Part shown: positions 61,641 through 64,000 of the stretch, one piece after another
How positions within the stretch are numbered: the stretch's first letter is position 1
Layout of the letters: the number at the start of each line of letters is the position of its first letter
Origin: Candidatus Eiseniibacteriota bacterium
GTDB lineage: Bacteria > Eisenbacteria > RBG-16-71-46
Assembly (NCBI GenBank): GCA_963744995.1
Contig: CAVUWA010000002.1
Span: forward strand, 1,024,001 to 1,088,000
Reading direction: 5' to 3'
Length of the DNA: 64,000 nt
Position numbers and translations under genes: made by a program
The notes under the pieces: generated by a model
The model's input: only the letters and a program-made list of their open reading frames with translations
Database searches by the model: none
What the model was told of the DNA's origin: nothing

Positions 61641-63193
61641 CCCTGCAACGCAGCGAACCCATGACCCGCGTCGAGCGGATCGGGCTCGTGCTCGGACTGC
61701 TGCTGGCGACGGCGCTGATGTGGCCCCTGCGCGGCTACATCACCGACGACACGTTCATTCACCTGCAGTACGCGAAGCACCTGGCCGCGGGCGCGGGGCT
61801 CGTCTTCAACGTCGGCGAGCGCGTGTACGGGTGCACGAGCCCGCTCTGGGTGGCGCTGATCTCCGACGGCATGCTGCTGGGCCTGGACGGTCTCACCGTC
61901 GCGCGCGTGCTCGGGCTGCTCGCGACGCTGGCATCGGTCGCGCTGTTTCTGCAGCTCATGCGGCGCACCCTGCAGTCGCCGCTGCTGCGTGCGCTGGCGA
62001 CCGTGACCTGGGCCGGGCACGCGTGGATGATCCGCTGGTCGCTGTCGGGCATGGAGACGCCGCTCGCGGTCGCGCTCACGCTCGCCGGGTTCGTCGCGTT
62101 CACCGAAGGGAAGCAGTGGGGCGCGCGTCCGGTGCGCACCGGAACGTTGTGGGCGCTGGCCGCGCTCACCCGCCCCGAGGTGGTGTTCCTGCTCGTGCTA
62201 TGGGCGATCTTCCTGATCGTCGACACGCAGAACCGCGCCGGGATCCGGCGCCTGATCGCGGGTCTGGTGCCGCCGGCGGTGATCTACGGCAGCTGGCTGC
62301 TGTTCTCGCGCATCTACTTCGACACCTTCTGGCCGCAGACCCTTTCCGCGAAGGCAGTCGGCGGGGAAGCGCTGGCCGCGCAGCTCGACAATCTCTGGCG
62401 CCAGGCGCGCATCGTGGGGGCGAGCGACGGCGTGCTGGTGATCGGCATGATCGCGGCGTTCGTGTTCGGCTTCCGGCGCCTCAAACCCGAGCGCTGGGCG
62501 GCGCAGCGGCTGCTGCCGTGGGTCTGGGTGACCGCGCTGCCGCTGCTCTACGTCGCGCGCGGCGTGCCGGTGCTGTCGCGCTACCTGTTGCCGCTGATGC
62601 CGGTGCTCGCGTGGCTGGCGTGGCGCACCATGGAACGCTGGTGGCTCGGCGCGCACCCGAAGCCGGGCGCCATGCGCCGCGCCGCGGTGCTCGGCACGGT
62701 CGTGGCCGCGGTTGCGCTGTCGGTGAACCTGCAGGTCTATCGCACCGTGGTGATGCACCAGGTGCTCTCGTTCTCGGCCGGGCTCGACGCGTCGCTGGTG
62801 AAATGGGGCAGATGGTTCGGCGAGTTCGCGCAGCCCGACGCGCGCATCGCGACCCCCGACATCGGCGCAATCGGCTACTTCAGCGATCGGCGCGTGGTGG
62901 ATCTCGCCGGCCTGGTCACGCCGGAGGTCGTGCCGCTGCTCGCGCACGAGGAACAGCCGGAGATGATCGCGCATCTGGCGTTCGCCTCCTTCGCGCGGCC
63001 CGAGTTCCTCGTCGATCGCGCGCCGCGTCCGTTCGATCTGCTGCAGCGCAGCCCGTACGCGGAATGCCTGGTGCCGATCGGCCAGGCCTCGGTGCCGAAC
63101 CTCGGCATCGCCCGCCCCGATTCGGCGGTCTACTCGATCTATCGCGTCGACTGGCGCGTCTTCGACGCGCTGCACTCGGGCGCGGGAGAGTAG
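61637..63193 (+). CDS. Polytopic membrane protein, probable GT-C glycosyltransferase
   Basis: TDDTFIHLQYAKHL..G.VFN.GERV.G.TSPLW, SGMET, LTRPE, DIGAIGYF..VDLAGL. Confidence 0.78.
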   Translation: MTLQRSEPMTRVERIGLVLGLLLATALMWPLRGYITDDTFIHLQYAKHLAAGAGLVFNVGERVYGCTSPLWVALISDGMLLGLDGLTVARVLGLLATLASVALFLQLMRRTLQSPLLRALATVTWAGHAWMIRWSLSGMETPLAVALTLAGFVAFTEGKQWGARPVRTGTLWALAALTRPEVVFLLVLWAIFLIVDTQNRAGIRRLIAGLVPPAVIYGSWLLFSRIYFDTFWPQTLSAKAVGGEALAAQLDNLWRQARIVGASDGVLVIGMIAAFVFGFRRLKPERWAAQRLLPWVWVTALPLLYVARGVPVLSRYLLPLMPVLAWLAWRTMERWWLGAHPKPGAMRRAAVLGTVVAAVALSVNLQVYRTVVMHQVLSFSAGLDASLVKWGRWFGEFAQPDARIATPDIGAIGYFSDRRVVDLAGLVTPEVVPLLAHEEQPEMIAHLAFASFARPEFLVDRAPRPFDLLQRSPYAECLVPIGQASVPNLGIARPDSAVYSIYRVDWRVFDALHSGAGE

Positions 63194-63284
63194 TCGCCCG
63201 CCTCCGTTTCGCCGGGCGCCCCCATCCGGCCACTGCACAAGCGTGCAGTCTCTTAAGTACCAGTCACTTGAGGCACTTTTTCTT

Positions 63285-63313
63285 TTGACAGCCGCACACC
63301 TCGCCACTATGTT
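63285..63313 (+). promoter_or_regulatory. Sigma70 promoter of mraZ (dcw cluster)
   Basis: TTGACA(63285)-17 bp-TATGTT(63308) with a T-rich upstream element. Confidence 0.8.
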
Positions 63314-63323
63314 GCAACCCGCG

Positions 63324-63360
63324 GTGGGGAGAAGTGGCAAATTGGGGCACGAAGTGGCAA
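63324..63360 (+). promoter_or_regulatory. MraZ-binding direct repeats
   Basis: GTGG/GGGG at 63324, 63334, 63344 and 63354 (10-bp period), matching the known GTGG-N6 MraZ operator. Confidence 0.8.
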
Positions 63361-63387
63361 ACAAGTGCACACGCGAGGCGCAACGCG

Positions 63388-63840
63388 GTGGCTTCCTTTT
63401 ATGGCCGGGAACAGTACGCGATCGATCACAAGGGCCGCCTTTCGGTGCCCGCTTCGATGCGCAAAGCGGCAGGGGCCCGCAAGCCGATCGACACCTTCTT
63501 CATCGCGCCGGGCTTCGATGGCTGTCTCGCGCTCTACCCGCCCGACGAGTGGACCAACATCGAAAACCAGCTTCGCGCGCTGCCGCTCGGCGATCGTGAA
63601 GCCCGCGCGTTCGCCCGCGCGTTTCTGAGTGACGTCAGTAAGGTGGCGGTGGATTCGCAGGGACGCATCACGATCCCATCGTCACTGTTGACCCGTGCAG
63701 GGCTCGGCAAGGAAGCCGTCCTGCACGGCGTTTTGAATCGGATCGAAATCTGGAGTCCGGAACGCTTCCACGGAGAGAAGGAAGCAGCGGAGGGCAAGCT
63801 CGAGGAGTTTGCCGCAAAGCTGTTCGGAGGGAACCGATGA
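63388..63840 (+). CDS. mraZ: Division/cell-wall cluster transcriptional regulator MraZ
   Basis: Two SpoVT/AbrB repeats IDHKGRLSVP and VDSQGRITIP; NRIEIW. Confidence 0.95.
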   Translation: MASFYGREQYAIDHKGRLSVPASMRKAAGARKPIDTFFIAPGFDGCLALYPPDEWTNIENQLRALPLGDREARAFARAFLSDVSKVAVDSQGRITIPSSLLTRAGLGKEAVLHGVLNRIEIWSPERFHGEKEAAEGKLEEFAAKLFGGNR

Positions 63841-64000
63841 GCGCCTGGCCCAGCGGAAGCGGCCGAGCGATGCTGGTGTTGCACGAGCGCCTGAGCCACG
63901 GCCTGCACGGCACGTCGGCCCGGCTCGAGCTCCACGATGCGTCGCCGGACCGCACCGCCCGGCTGGCGCTCTCGGGCTGGCTCGATCCGATTGCCTTCGC
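63837..64000 (+). CDS. 5' part of a hypothetical protein coupled to mraZ (possibly STAS-like), truncated by the window edge
   Basis: GGAGG RBS and ATGA overlap; reads MSAWPSGSGRAMLVLHERLSHGLHGTSARLELHDASPDRTARLALSGWLDPIAF. Confidence 0.55.
   Translation, partial: MSAWPSGSGRAMLVLHERLSHGLHGTSARLELHDASPDRTARLALSGWLDPIAF

Overview
A very GC-rich bacterial chromosome segment. The gene content (secreted proteins with T9SS/FlgD-like C-terminal domains, outer-membrane barrels) suggests a diderm FCB-related lineage such as Ca. Eisenbacteria; this is inference only. The housekeeping backbone comprises thiolase, yjbQ, proC, 3-hydroxyacyl-CoA dehydrogenase, apgM, tRNA-Leu(TAG)-tig-clpP-clpX-lon, a class V aminotransferase with a serA-like gene, purA, tRNA-Lys(TTT), a ychF-like ATPase, an FMN riboswitch with ribD-ribE-ribBA-ribH-nusB, and mraZ at the right edge. 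Accessory and unusual parts: (i) a ~4.6 kb insert between serA-like and purA carrying a DUF222-like/HNH endonuclease whose linker contains two copies of a perfect 20-22 bp DNA palindrome read in frame; (ii) a secreted protein with a bacteriocin-like hydrophobic C-terminus coupled to a small membrane protein; (iii) a ~30 kb surface-glycosylation cluster directly downstream of the rib operon, with four GT-C-like membrane transferases (including DUF2723/TMEM260-like and YfhO), two polyprenyl-phosphate sugar synthases, GDP-heptose enzymes, Wzx, AsnB, a FemAB-like acyltransferase and an embedded PorZ-like propeller protein. The cluster resembles the glycolipid-anchoring machinery for T9SS cargo. 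All family calls come from motif recognition by eye; no database searches were run, and start codons are best estimates.
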